Assembly: GCA_030390025.1 (NCBI GenBank)
Contig: CM059433.1
Span: 2,976,001-3,040,000, forward strand
Direction of reading: 5' to 3'
DNA from: Squalus acanthias
Taxonomy: Eukaryota
DNA length: 64,000 nt
The stretch's first letter is position 1, and each line of letters starts with the position of its first letter. Under the pieces are notes generated by a model. The model worked only from the letters and a program-made list of their open reading frames with translations. It did no database searches and was not told the origin of the DNA. The position numbers and the translations under genes are program-made. Positions 1 through 11,583 of this stretch are shown here, in pieces.

Positions 1-315
1 AACCTGTTGAAAAATGTTTTAAGTTATACTTAATTAACCACTTACCTTGTTGAAAACGGGTCCTGCGCCTCCTTTTTAAAAGCGTAGGTTCTTCAATACT
101 TACCCTCCCGTAGAAACCTGAAAAAAAACCTAAGTTAGCTGCGTGCGCGCAGCCTCTACCGCGCACGCGGTTCACCTCTGAACCGCCCCCTTCACCAGAC
201 CGGAAGTTCCGGTTTCCCGCGCATGCGCAGTGCATGCAGGAAACTGACACTTCGGGACGTCTTACGGGTGAGTACACAGTGCGTACTCACCCGAGAAGGG
301 CCGAATTTTTGGCCC
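1..315 (-). mobile_element. PIF/Harbinger-type MITE, partial copy of the family at 5270-6030
   Basis: Reverse complement of 5270-5560. Same internal palindrome (265-293) and TIR end CCGAATTTTTGGCCC. Confidence 0.8.
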
Positions 316-528
316 AATGCTGGGTAATCTGCGGGACTTTGATCCCAGTGTAAGTGCCCCGATCAGCCCACTGGGAATGTTCATGGTTCCTTGTTTCTTG
401 GCAGGCGGTGTGCCACTATGGGCGCATCTCTGACATCTACCAGATCAGGGGCGATGGGTACTCTGGCGGAGGCCCATCACCATCTGCCATCTAAGAAGAG
501 CCGGGAAAAAAATATTTAAGCCATGTTA

Positions 529-1184
529 CGGTGGTTAAAAAGGCATATGGGATACTTGCCTTCATTAGCCGAGGCATAGAATATAAGAGCAGGGAGGTTA
601 TGATGGAGCTGTACAAAACGCTAGTTAGGCCACAGCTGGAATACTGTGTGCAGTTCTGGTCGCCACACTATAGGAAGGATGTGATTGCATTGGAGAGGGT
701 GCAGAGGAGATTCACCAGGATGTTACCTGGGCTGGAGCGCTTCAGCTATGAAGAGAGACTGGACAGGCTGGGGTTGTTTTCCTTAGAGCAGAGAAGGCTG
801 AGGGGGGACCTGATTGAGGTGTACAAAATTATGAGGGGCATAGATAGGGTAGATAGAAAGGAACGTTTCCCCTTAGTAGAGGGGTCAATAACCAGGGGGC
901 ATAGTTTCAAGGTAAGGGGCAGGAGGTTTAGAGGGGATTTGAGGAAAAACTTTTTCACCCAGAGGGTGGTTGGAATCTGGAACTCACTGCCTGAAAGGGT
1001 GGTAGAGGCAGGAACCCTCACAACATTCAAGAAGCATTTAGATGAGCACTTGAAACGCCATAGCATACAAGGCTACGGACCAAGTGCTGGAAAATGGGAT
1101 TAGAATAGACAGGGCTTGATGGCCGGCGCGGACACAATGGGCCGAAGGGCCTCTTTCTGTGCTGTATAACTCTATGACTCTATG
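529..1184 (+). mobile_element. CR1 LINE, 5'-truncated ORF2 C-terminus and 3' tail
   Basis: ORF 531-1103 has LVRPQLEYCVQFWSP and FFTQRVV. (CTCTATGA)n tail. Confidence 0.95.
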
Positions 1185-1764
1185 TTGACCTGATCTCTTA
1201 TCTGCAGCTTATCCATTTCTTCATGGGTCCAAGCCAGGACACAGGCCTGGACCCTTATGTGGATTCTACTTCCATTGGCATGTCCCCAGCACCGCGCGTA
1301 CTGGCTGCCTGGTGGATCCCAGGCCGAGACCAAGGAAGCTTCTGGCTTGGAAGTCCACTACCCCATCCCGAGCCACAACCCAGCTGACACAGGGTAATAT
1401 CCAGGTATTGGTCTAATTCACAGGTCTCCTATTACACTCCCACCCAACTTACAGCGGCAGTACCTCAGAAAGCCAGTGGATATTCGAGGCCTAAGGTGGT
1501 TTACCTGATTGGGCCTTCCCTGTGAGCACTGTTACTCAGTGGAATGTCCCGATTGGGGAATCAGCCTTAATATTAATTATTTTTTTCTGGGAATCAAGCA
1601 ATGCACGAATATAGTAAAAGTATATTTATCACAAAATTAATCAGTTTTACAGTCATTTCTAAAGCAACCTTTCAATAAGAAAAGATGTGATTAGATTTAA
1701 TTAGATTTAAATTTGATGCAGTTGTTTATTGTTTGGCTGTTGTCTTATTGCCTTCTGGTTTTAG

Positions 1765-1800
1765 AAATGGCATCTGCTGCCTCTTCCAATGGGACAGCAG
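1765..1800 (+). other. Candidate 36-nt exon of an unidentified transcript
   Basis: Pyrimidine tract plus TTTTAG acceptor, CAG|GTAAAT donor, contains ATG (MASAASSNGTA). Splice signals only. Confidence 0.3.
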
Positions 1801-2498
1801 GTAAATGCGCCAGGCATGTGGTGTGATATTCAATTACACAAACAAGAAAGAGTTCAGATTGGATCACTGATCTGTGCCGAATTAGTTAATTTCAATTGGG
1901 GTAATGAAGGGGCACTTCAAGTGACCTCAGTACCTTTGGGTTAGGGAGGGGAGAGATAATCGACTAGAAACCTAACAATTATCTGATGACCTCCACTGGA
2001 AAAAGTGTAAGTATGGATGTCGGATGCAAACAGGATTAACCAAATACTCAGAGTTGAATGTCCTGATCCTTGTCCCCGGGGAACACCCATTTTCCTGGTC
2101 ACAAAGGTCAGGACAAAGGGGCGGAGTCTCGGTTCACCGGGTCTCTGATTCTTTTCTGTTGCCTTAATATTACCACAGCTCTCCTCGGAGGGGGAATGTG
2201 CAGCTTGGCCTGTGCCTGCAGTGCAGTAGGCGGTGCCCAGAAAACATGGTGCGTTGGCCTGTCCCGAAATCCCTGTCCACAGAGGTCCCAGAGGTAGATT
2301 TTAAGCAGGCCTCTTTCAGTTCTTTACCACCCAATGTCCAATTCTAATCAGGATTTTTGGGCTGCCGATCTCCATCAACAGGCAGAATATCCCGATCTCC
2401 AAGGACCAATCTCTCTTCGGCCTACATCAGTGCCCTGTCCTTTCATTCCAGGCCCTGCCTGGGGCTGGCCTGTACCGGGAGTGTGCTCAGGTCATGGA

Positions 2499-3113
2499 AA
2501 TAAGAGTAAAGACGTCTTACTGCAATTATATAGGGCCCTGGTGAGACCACACCTGGAGTATTGTGTACAGTTTTGGTCTCCTTACCTAAGGAAGGATATA
2601 CTTGCCATAGAGGCAGTGCAATGAAGGTTCACCAGACTGATTCCTGGGATGGGGGGATTGTCCTATGAGGAGAGATTGAGTAGACTAGGCCTATATTCTC
2701 TGGAGTTTAGAAGAATGAGAGGTGTTCTCATTGAAACATACAAAATTCTTACAGGGCTTGACAGGGTAGATGCAGGGAGGATGTTTCCCCTGGCTGGGGG
2801 AGTCTAGAACCAGGGGTCACAGTCTCAGAATAAGGAGTCAGCCATTTAGGACTGAGATGAGGATTAATTTCTTCACTCAGAGGGTGGTGAATCTTTGGAA
2901 TTCTCTACCCCAGAGGGCTGTGGAGGCTCAGTCGATGAGTATGTTCAAGACAGAGATTGATAGATTTTTGAATATTAAGGGAATCAAGGGGATAGTTCAG
3001 GAAAGTGGAGATGAGGTAGAAGATCAGCCATGATCTTATTGAATGGCGGAGCAGGCTCGAAGGGGCCAAATGGTCTACTCCTGCTCCTATTTCTTATGTT
3101 CTTAGGTTCTTAT
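2499..3113 (+). mobile_element. CR1 LINE 3' fragment (decayed)
   Basis: LVRPHLEYCVQFWSPYLRKD. 3' stem-loop and (TTCTTATG)n tail. Confidence 0.95.
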
Positions 3114-4898
3114 GAAATGACCTGGGACAAGAAATCCTGGCATTGCTGGGTCTGGGCACTGTGGAGTGGGGCAGTACATTCCGGCTCTGTTGCTCCTCTC
3201 CAGGCCTGGGATGGGGGCGTTGGTGGAGGGTGCGGGGAGGCGGGAGACGGGAGGTTGTGGGGAGCAGAAAAATCTGCCCTCCTTCCTCAATGATGAGGAA
3301 TAGTCACTTGGGTGAAGTACCAGGAGGCTGCTGCCAGCTATTAACCTATGTGCTAATTCTATGAGTTCACAATGCCAGCTGGGAGCCTCCCACACCAGAA
3401 ACACATCGAGAGTTATATTTACGACATGTGCTGCCAGTGGACGAGGCTTCCCTCCCTTATATCAACACGCTTCACTGACTTCTCGAGAGGGGGAGAAAAT
3501 TGGAATGAAAATTGGAGAGTAAAAAAGATAAATGCCTTTTATCTTTGATGGATGGAGTATATGGGAACATTAAAACAGGCACTAGTGACATTACTGCTTA
3601 CACATGCAACTATTCTTTTACTTATGTACTTGTGTATATGAAGGATTGCTCAGCAAACAAATGATTCTGTAGAGAACACATCAGCTTCTAAACACAGCAT
3701 TACGGCTATGGTTGCAATCTCTGCATATTGTAACGTTTGTGCATCTTAGGCTATTTAAATGCTTTTTAGATCCAGTTACTCTGTTGAATCAGTTAAAACA
3801 GATTTTAGTTAGCATCACAAAAAAATCAAAGGCAGTCAACAGGTTGATCCATAATGGTTACAGTTAAAATCATCTAAAATGCCTTCTTGGGTGAAGAGAT
3901 TTAACATTTTCAGAAGCATTAAAAAAGACTCTTAAAGCAGATTTTGTTAGAAGCCTTTTTTCTCATAAGAAGCACAGCACAGCTCATCAGATGGAAGTGT
4001 CATTGATATTCATCAACCTTTCCCTCATCTTTAAATGAGAGTACTATACTCATGCTAAATAATCTGCGTGTTTTGTGCACCCTTAAGTGTGTAGTTCTTA
4101 GATCCAATTTTGTGACAATGGCGAAATCGGGACTGCACTCACCCGTGGCATAAAGAAACATGAAGCAAGCTCATTTGCAAAGGTTTGGCACAGGGAGAGG
4201 GGCATTCTAGCCAAGGGGTGCTCTTTCAGGTATTCAGACAACTGCTAATATCTTCCGAGATCTGTTCTACAGGCCAAGGTAGCCTATAGCCACTGAGAAA
4301 GGACCCACATACATGCAGGCCCAGCCATGCTGAAACATGTCACACAATATGAAGAGATGACCTTGACCTTATTTGGCCAGGAATCTGTGAAGGGGATTGG
4401 TGAGGGCGAGTTTCAAGGTGTGATACCATCAACCAGAAAATATTCTCCATTTAAAATGATTCTTCTTACACTGGCTCACTTTCTTAATCCTTACGGCAGA
4501 CACTACATTTGCAAGGCAGGTGCGTGACACACAAAATGCCTTATGATCTTACCTCTCTTTGTTTGCTTAATCTCTTCATGTAACTTCTTTCTAAGATAAG
4601 AAGACCAGAACAAGGCTCGTCTCTCATGAGCCTCACAGGGGTGAATGTCTATCTCAACACGTGAAACAACTTCAGTGATCATTTGCAGTGTGTTCTTGCT
4701 TTTTGGATGTAGTTTATTTCTTTCATTCATTTTTAAATAACTTTTAAATAGTTGATTTATATTTAAATGGCCATTATGTAAAAGCCCTGTGACTGTGCTG
4801 TCATGCATTGTGATTCAATAGAATTATCTTCTGTTTATAACAAATGAACCGTAGGTTGGATGGGATCTTATCGTGACCACTTGCACCAAATGGTTAAA

Positions 4899-5135
4899 TT
4901 ATTTGTGGCACTGGAGCCATGTCCTGGGGTCAGTGCTCCTGGCTGTGACCTCCTCGGCGATCACCTCCCACACCCACCGCATTAGTTGCCTCCTTGCCCC
5001 CTGCGGGTAGAGGACATTGCTCCTCCACTCTACCTCCTCTACCAGGACCTCAGTGCGGCCTCTGTGAACCTGTGCACTCTCTCCCTCGGTCCCTGAACTG
5101 CCCTGATATGTGCCGTTGTCTGTCAGCCAGCGCAC
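4899..5135 (-). pseudogene. Harbinger Myb/SANT-like gene relic
   Basis: EVLVEEVE..WEVIAEEVTARSTDPRTWLQCHK, a trihelix/Myb-like pattern similar to 39518-39759. Confidence 0.75.
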
Positions 5136-5269
5136 TCCGAACCTTCAGTGGAAGTGCGTGTGTGGAGGCTCCATACACCGCTCCACGAAAATTGCTCCTA
5201 ATCAGCGTTTGATTTGGTAAATGTGCAGGTCTCCATTTTAACGCCTCCAGGAACATTTAAATAAACAAT

Positions 5270-6030
5270 GGGGCAGAAATTCGGCTGTTGTCGGGTGAGT
5301 ACGCACTGTGTACTCACCCGTGGACGGAACGAAAGTGCCGGTTTCTTGCATGCACTGCGCATGCGCGGGAAACCGGCACTTCCGTTCCCTTGAGGAAAGG
5401 GGTTCAGAGGTCGAGCGCGCCACCGGAGGGCCAGCGCGTTCGCCTCGCACTTCGTTTTTTTTTACAGGTTCCTCCGTGAAGGTAAGCACGGAGCAGATAC
5501 ACATTGAAAAAGGAGGCGCAAGGCCTTCTTTTAACAAGGTAAGTGTTGATTTTATTAAAATTTAAACATTTTTTTCACAGATTTATCTTTTTAATTACTT
5601 TAAAGAAAGGTAAGTTTAGTTTTAGCCTCGTTAAAAAATGTAATTAATATTTTCAAAAATTTAAATTTTTGTTTAAAATAGTTAATTAATGTAATTTATA
5701 GTTATTTTAAAGATGTGATTTTTAAAAAATTTATTTGTAGTTTTAGGGATGTTTTGGGGCCGATTTCAATTCACAGATTTGACAGGTCTTCCTGTCAAAT
5801 CTATGAATGAAAGATGGTCTGCTGCCATTGGTTCTCCATGGCCCACGTGATCGCAGGGGACGCATCGCACTAACTACGCCCCTGGGATACGCAAGCACTG
5901 CGCGCCGGCAGCTGCAGGAGGCCCAGGAGCTGAAGTCCCCGTGGGCCCAGGGGTCAACGGCAGGCGCGGTAGGTAGGTGCGCGCGCGATCCTTGCACCCG
6001 CGGGAAGCTAGGGAGCCGAATTTCTGGCCC
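5270..6030 (+). mobile_element. PIF/Harbinger-type MITE
   Basis: 16-bp TIR GGGGCAGAAATTCGGC / GCCGAATTTCTGGCCC (1 mismatch). 3-bp TSD AAT. Second copy at 31465-33313. Confidence 0.9.
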
Positions 6031-6729
6031 AATGTTTAATCAGCAATTAGCCCCAAAATTGCAGGCTAAAACCAGACTTTTACACAGGTGTGATTTATCA
6101 GCACATCACCCACTCAGCGCCTGTTTTAATTTTTTGCCCAAACTAACCCCCCCGATGTCTAATATATGAATAACCTGTCTTAAATGGATGAAATTTTATT
6201 AATCTACAAAGCGTGAACTTGTTATTTTCTTTGCTATTTGATTTCTGTCTATTATCGTTATTTACTTAAGTTATTAATTTTGTGCAATCAAACACTGTTG
6301 TCACATTTGTGTGTCATCGGAAAAACACACTCACATAACAAGATCAAAACACACCCACATAGAAACATGGGGGCTAATATTCACCGACACCATCCAGCGG
6401 CAAAACTAACGGGATCGGATCGGCCGCCCGATTCCCAGCCTGCGCGATTCTACCTTCTGTTGACTTCAATGGGCAGGCGAGCCAATCCCATCAGTCTCTC
6501 AGCAGGATATGATTACCCCCATAGACTTACACAAGGAGGCCATTCGGCCCATTGTGCTCGGTCTTTGCGAGAGTCCCGCTCTCTCTCCCCAAAGCTCCGA
6601 GTCTTCCTCGGCTTCAAATATTTATGCACTTTTCCCTTAAAAGATTAAATGGTCTCTGCCTCGATTGTTCCCTCTGGCAAAACATTCCATGTTCTAACAT
6701 GAAACCTTCTAACACAAAATATAGTCTCA

Positions 6730-7865
6730 GGGCTGGATTTTGATACTGGGGCGGGTTGGGGTCGTGTCATCCGCATTTCGAGTTATCCACCCAACTGCAA
6801 TTGGATGTGGGCGATTGATGCAATTTTCACCTAATTGGGCAATTGAGTTCCAGCATGTGGGAACCCATGACCCAATTAGCGTTTTCAGTCTGAAAGTCGC
6901 CTCTGATGATGTCATCATTGCTGCAGCATTGCAGGTCAGAGACTGCCTGGTCTCAGAGACTGCCTGGCCTTTGATGTGAGAGGACCTGGATGCAAAATGA
7001 GCAGCAGCTCAGAGAGAGAGAGAGAGAGAGAGAGAGAACATTTTTTGCATCCAGGTCCTCTCACAGCAAAGGCCAGGCAATCTCTGAAGACATTCAATGC
7101 AGCAGCATCAGAGGCAACTTTCAGACCTAATACTACTACAGGAAACTCTTTATTAACTGGCAGCGACGGGACCGGCGTGGTGCCGGTTAATCAAAAAGTC
7201 CGGATAATGGAGAGTTATATCTCCCAACGTATGAGAGCCCCGTACACACTGACATGTGCCTGCATTCGGAGCTCCGTCTCCCCGGGGACCGCCAGCTGAC
7301 CATCTGTCGTGTCCGCTGCCTACCCGGGCTGCACATTCCCCTCCCAATCTACACGCTCCGATACAAGGCAAACGCCTCAGGGTTTTTTTTAAAGTTAATT
7401 TTAAACGAGAAGATGAAGGAAAACCCCGATTACCTACTCAAGAATTTTGCTGGTTAAGAGAGATTTCCGGATATTTGGGTGCCGGTTAATAAAGAGTTTC
7501 CTGTACTATCTTCATCACGTCTCCGTTGTAATAGTGGACCTGCAGCTGATAGCCAGCTATCCACTTGTGCTCCCACCAGGTTTCACTGGCGTGTTTCACA
7601 TCAGGCGTGCTTCACGTCGGAAAAGGGTTAAACTAGCTACAACGTTTCAAAATGGCATTACAGAGCCAATTTAGGGCTTGTTAAGGGCTTTAATGGCCTC
7701 TCCCGCCTCTTGGAGGCGGGACGGAGTCGGGAACACCGCACACGATTTTATCAAAATTGCGTGGAGGCGGAATGGAGGCGGGATCAGGTCCGCCTGCCAC
7801 TTTTTGCAATTTAACCCCCCACACGCCTCCAAATCCGCCTCCACGGCCCAATCAAAATCCAGCCC
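6730..7865. mobile_element. PIF/Harbinger-type MITE with internal hairpin
   Basis: Perfect 15-bp TIR GGGCTGGATTTTGAT / ATCAAAATCCAGCCC. Flanks TCA/TTA. Confidence 0.85.
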
Positions 7866-7967
7866 TTATTCTCCGATATCAGCCATTTTCATGACACATG
7901 CTAGGCCTCAGTAAACCTTTTGCGTTGTTCATTTGAGTTGTCTCATCCTTATGTATTATCTTTTAAG

Positions 7968-8310
7968 GACAAAAAAAAGAAAGAAGCATTAAAGTTCAGC
8001 CGTTTCACTGTGTGTCCATTACATTGGTGGGGCGGACACTGACCTATCAGTTTAATCAACACTTCTTCGGACTGGCTCATAAATCAAGCTGGGCTTACAT
8101 GGTTTGCAATCACTGGTTCTCTGGCCGTGATCTGAACATCTTTTTTGATGAGTTCCATGAAAAGCACAATGACATTTTCAGGACCAGAGGGTGGGCCACG
8201 AAAACATGTCCAGTGTCAGGCGGCCTGGATGTAGATCATTGAGCCGAGGAATCTTAAAGTACCTGGACCGAGAATAGGAAGAATATCATGACTTTGGGAT
8301 AGCTTTCAAG
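7968..8310 (+). other. Candidate exon in non-repeat sequence
   Basis: TCTTTTAAG acceptor and AAG|GTAATG donor. Frame open 7970-8242. No recognisable protein similarity. Confidence 0.25.
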
Positions 8311-8960
8311 GTAATGCAAAAATGAAAGCATATATTCTGCTCCTTTTAATATATTGAAGTCAGTATGTGGGCTACGCGTTTTATTGAAAGCTCATTATAA
8401 GTGCCAGCAGTACCTGTTATTCTCCCAGGTGGTGTGCTCGGCCTCTTCAATGTTAAAGGTGTCACACTGTGTTTCACACAATAGGTATTTTATAGTAAAG
8501 GTTCTCCACAAATTTCTCATAACGCTTTCTGAAATTTTATTCATTACAATTTTCTTCTCTAACTGAAATTGTTCATGTCCAAATTAAGTAAAAATGAGAT
8601 ATTTCACAATAATATGATGACATTTATTCATTAAATTGCCTTTTTGTGCTTTTTAATACCATCATTACAGTTTTTATTTGAATTCCTCAACCTCTCCTAA
8701 AAGCCTGGGCTTGAACTTTATATTGTCGTCCAGAACTGTGACCCTGTGAGCGGAATTTGTGTTGTGGAGTCTGAGCAGGTGCAGTGTGTGTAATTTCCCC
8801 GGGGTTATTGGTACAGTTCAGTCGTACTGGTGGAATATTTTGCTTTGGATTCTAGCACTTTCTACTCAATAGCTTTTGAAAAACAAGAAGATAAATTTCA
8901 AAAGCTTTATTGAGATAAAATTTGTATTGAGCATTTCCTTAAAAAACAAAGCTGCTCTGT

Positions 8961-9018
8961 GTGAGAGAGAGAGAGCGAGCGAGAGAGAGAGCGCGCGAGA
9001 GAGAGAGAGAGAGAGCGC

Positions 9019-9051
<33 letters not shown>

Positions 9052-9425
9052 CGCGAGAGAGAGAGAGAGCGAGCGAGCGAGAGAGAGAGCGAGAGAGAGA
9101 GAGAGCGAGAGAGAGAGAGCGAGCGAGCGAGAGAGAGAGCGCGAGAGAGAGAGAGAGCGAGCGAGAGAGCGAGAGAGCGCAAGGGAGAGAGAGAGCGAGC
9201 GAGAGAGAGAGCGCGAGAGAGAGAGAGAGCGAGCGAGAGAGCGAGAGAGCGCGAGAGAGAGAGAGAGCGAGCGAGAGAGAGAGAGCGAGCGAGAGAGAGC
9301 GCGAGCGAGCGAGAGAGAGAGCGCGCGAGAGAGAGAGAGCGAGCGAGAGAGCGAGAGAGCGCGAGAGAGAGAGAGCGAGCAAGCGAGAGAGAGAGAGCGA
9401 GAGAGAGAGAGAGCGAGCGAGAGAG
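8961..9425. repeat. Compound (GA)n/GC microsatellite, left part
   Basis: GA dinucleotides interspersed with GC. Continues at 11079-11150 after the LTR insertion. Confidence 0.97.
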
Positions 9426-11078
9426 TGTAAGGGATTCTGACCCTGCGTGTCTCGCAGCCTGTGAGATTCACGCGGCTCTGTGCAGCCTGTATGTCAGTGC
9501 GGGTTTAGGCCTTGTTGCCTGTTCTGGTCTCCAGCCAGTCTGGGAGCACTAGACACACCTGTGAGTGGTTCGAATCACTCGCCCTTACGGTTCTAGACAC
9601 TGGACTTAGATGCGAGAGCAGTAATGGAGATGAAACTCATGTAGACTCGGTTGAATGGTACGAAATGGAAAATCTTTATTGCATGATATTTAAGATTATG
9701 AAATACATGTCATAAGCACAGATTAATGACAGTACAATCTTACAAGCAGTTATATAGCTGATCCTAGGGAAACGAGGAACGAACGACACACCGTAAATAG
9801 GGGCACACATTACAAGTATCCTTAATACTTAAACCCTCCCCTATCAATATCTATCCTAACTAGATTCGTAGGATTTCGAGACTCATGCTCACCACTCGTG
9901 ATAACTCGGAGAAATTCCGAATAGCTGATCGGATGTTTTTCACCGCAGCACCCACGTGTCGGTCAGGAGATCTCCTGGTCCCACTTGTTTACTTGCTTCT
10001 GCTCCGGCTAGCAGGCTGGACCGTCTGCTGTGATGAAGACCTGTGTTGGTTGGTTTAACAGGTACTTTTCCGAGCAGGGTTCACAGATCAGTCAATATCA
10101 TCGATGATGAACCGTTCTTGCAAGTTCAAAGAAGTCTTCCTGGCAAGGAAAACTTGGCTATTCGACTTACAGGCGCGGTCGGGATTTACTGACCGTGGCG
10201 ATGAGTATGGTCTTCCTCTCTTCTCATCTCATCTCATCTCATCTCATCTCATCTCATCTCGGGCCTTTGGTTCCGCTGCCAGTTACCAACATAGGTCTTC
10301 GTTACGCGACACGAGGTAGATCCGAACGGATCAGAAAGTTCAACAGTCTTTTTCAAAGAGGCACCAGGCAAGCAGGAACCCGACTACGAGTCAAAACACA
10401 GGAGCAGCCACGAGGTTACGAGTCGATCGGATAAGAGAATAAGAGAAAGATGGACGGTTGGAGCTTGTAATTATAGTACAAAATCTTCCGTTTCCCGCCC
10501 AACCTTAATGTCCTTTCTTTTGTTAGGGTCTGGCGCTCAAATGTCTTGTATGGGTGATCTCCGTTCTTAATGGGTTTCGGGGCTACTCGTAAATGTCTGA
10601 GTACCTGTTAATATTTCTCCCATTGTTAAATCGGTCGGTGTTCTCCCTGGAGGGGTTTTGGGGCTTCCAAGTGTTTTGTATAACTACCTGCTAACGGCTC
10701 TCTCATCGTAGAGTCGTTGGGATTTTACATATTAATGTCTTTTGGATGGGCCCTTGATTACTCGGTACAATAGCTTTCATTCGTACCTGGGAGACCGATT
10801 TCAGCATTTATGTGTATACTGCAAACCCATAATGTCTCGTGTATTATCTTCACCGTGCTGAATCTTAATCGATCTTGCACAAATGTTTATTGGAACGCCA
10901 TCTTGTCTGCCTGTCGAAAAGTCTAGAATGTTCTGTCACGAGGTGCGGCGGCCATTTTACAGGCTGCTTGTGTCCACTTTGAAAAACCTGGCTGCATTCT
11001 GCTGAAATAAAAGCTGTTTGAACGAGACTCTGTGTTTTCTCCTTATTAATAAAATCGCGATATATTGCGAATTCTACA
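9426..11078 (-). mobile_element. Solo LTR, 1653 bp (retrovirus-like or LTR retrotransposon)
   Basis: TGTA...TACA termini and 4-bp TSD AGAG; splits a microsatellite. Minus-strand GC box (~10495), TATAA (10471-10475) and AATAAA (9675-9680). Confidence 0.8.
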
Positions 11079-11150
11079 AGAGCGAGAGAGCGCGAGAGAG
11101 AGAGAGAGCGAGCGAGAGAGAGAGAGCGAGCGAGAGAGAGAGAGCGCGAG
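11079..11150. repeat. Compound (GA)n/GC microsatellite, right part
   Basis: Same repeat pattern as 8961-9425. Confidence 0.95.
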
Positions 11151-11261
11151 CACACCCCAAGTGTATCCTGCAGTCATTGGTGGCTCCTTTCTTTGTCACG
11201 TGATGCCATACCACCCGCCTGCCACCGAAAAGGAAAGAAGAAAAAATACAGAGATAAGCAG

Positions 11262-11498
11262 AAAAAAGAAAAAGAAAGACTTGCATTTCTACAGCGCCTT
11301 TCACGACCACCAGTCGTCCCAAAGCGCTTTACAGCCAATGAAGTACTTTTTGAAGTGCAGTCGCTGTTGTAATGTGGGAAACGCAGCACCCAATTTGTGC
11401 ACAGAAAGCTCCCACCAACAGCAATGTGATAATGGCCAGATAATCTGTTTCAGTGATGTTGGTTGAGGGATAAATATTGGCCAGGACACCGGGGATAA
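11262..11498 (-). mobile_element. Deu-domain SINE, 5'-truncated
   Basis: Matches the 3' half of the SINE at 17825-18296. Confidence 0.85.
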
Positions 11499-11583
11499 CA
11501 AAAGGACAGAGTGAGAAGCAAAAAGAAGAGTTAAGAGGAGAAAAGCAGTAGAGAAGAGAAAGAGAGACAGGAACAGAAGAGAA

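Noticed and set aside
8866..9471. Long RE/SL-rich ORFs on both strands
   Set aside because: Translations of a stop-free GA/GC microsatellite.
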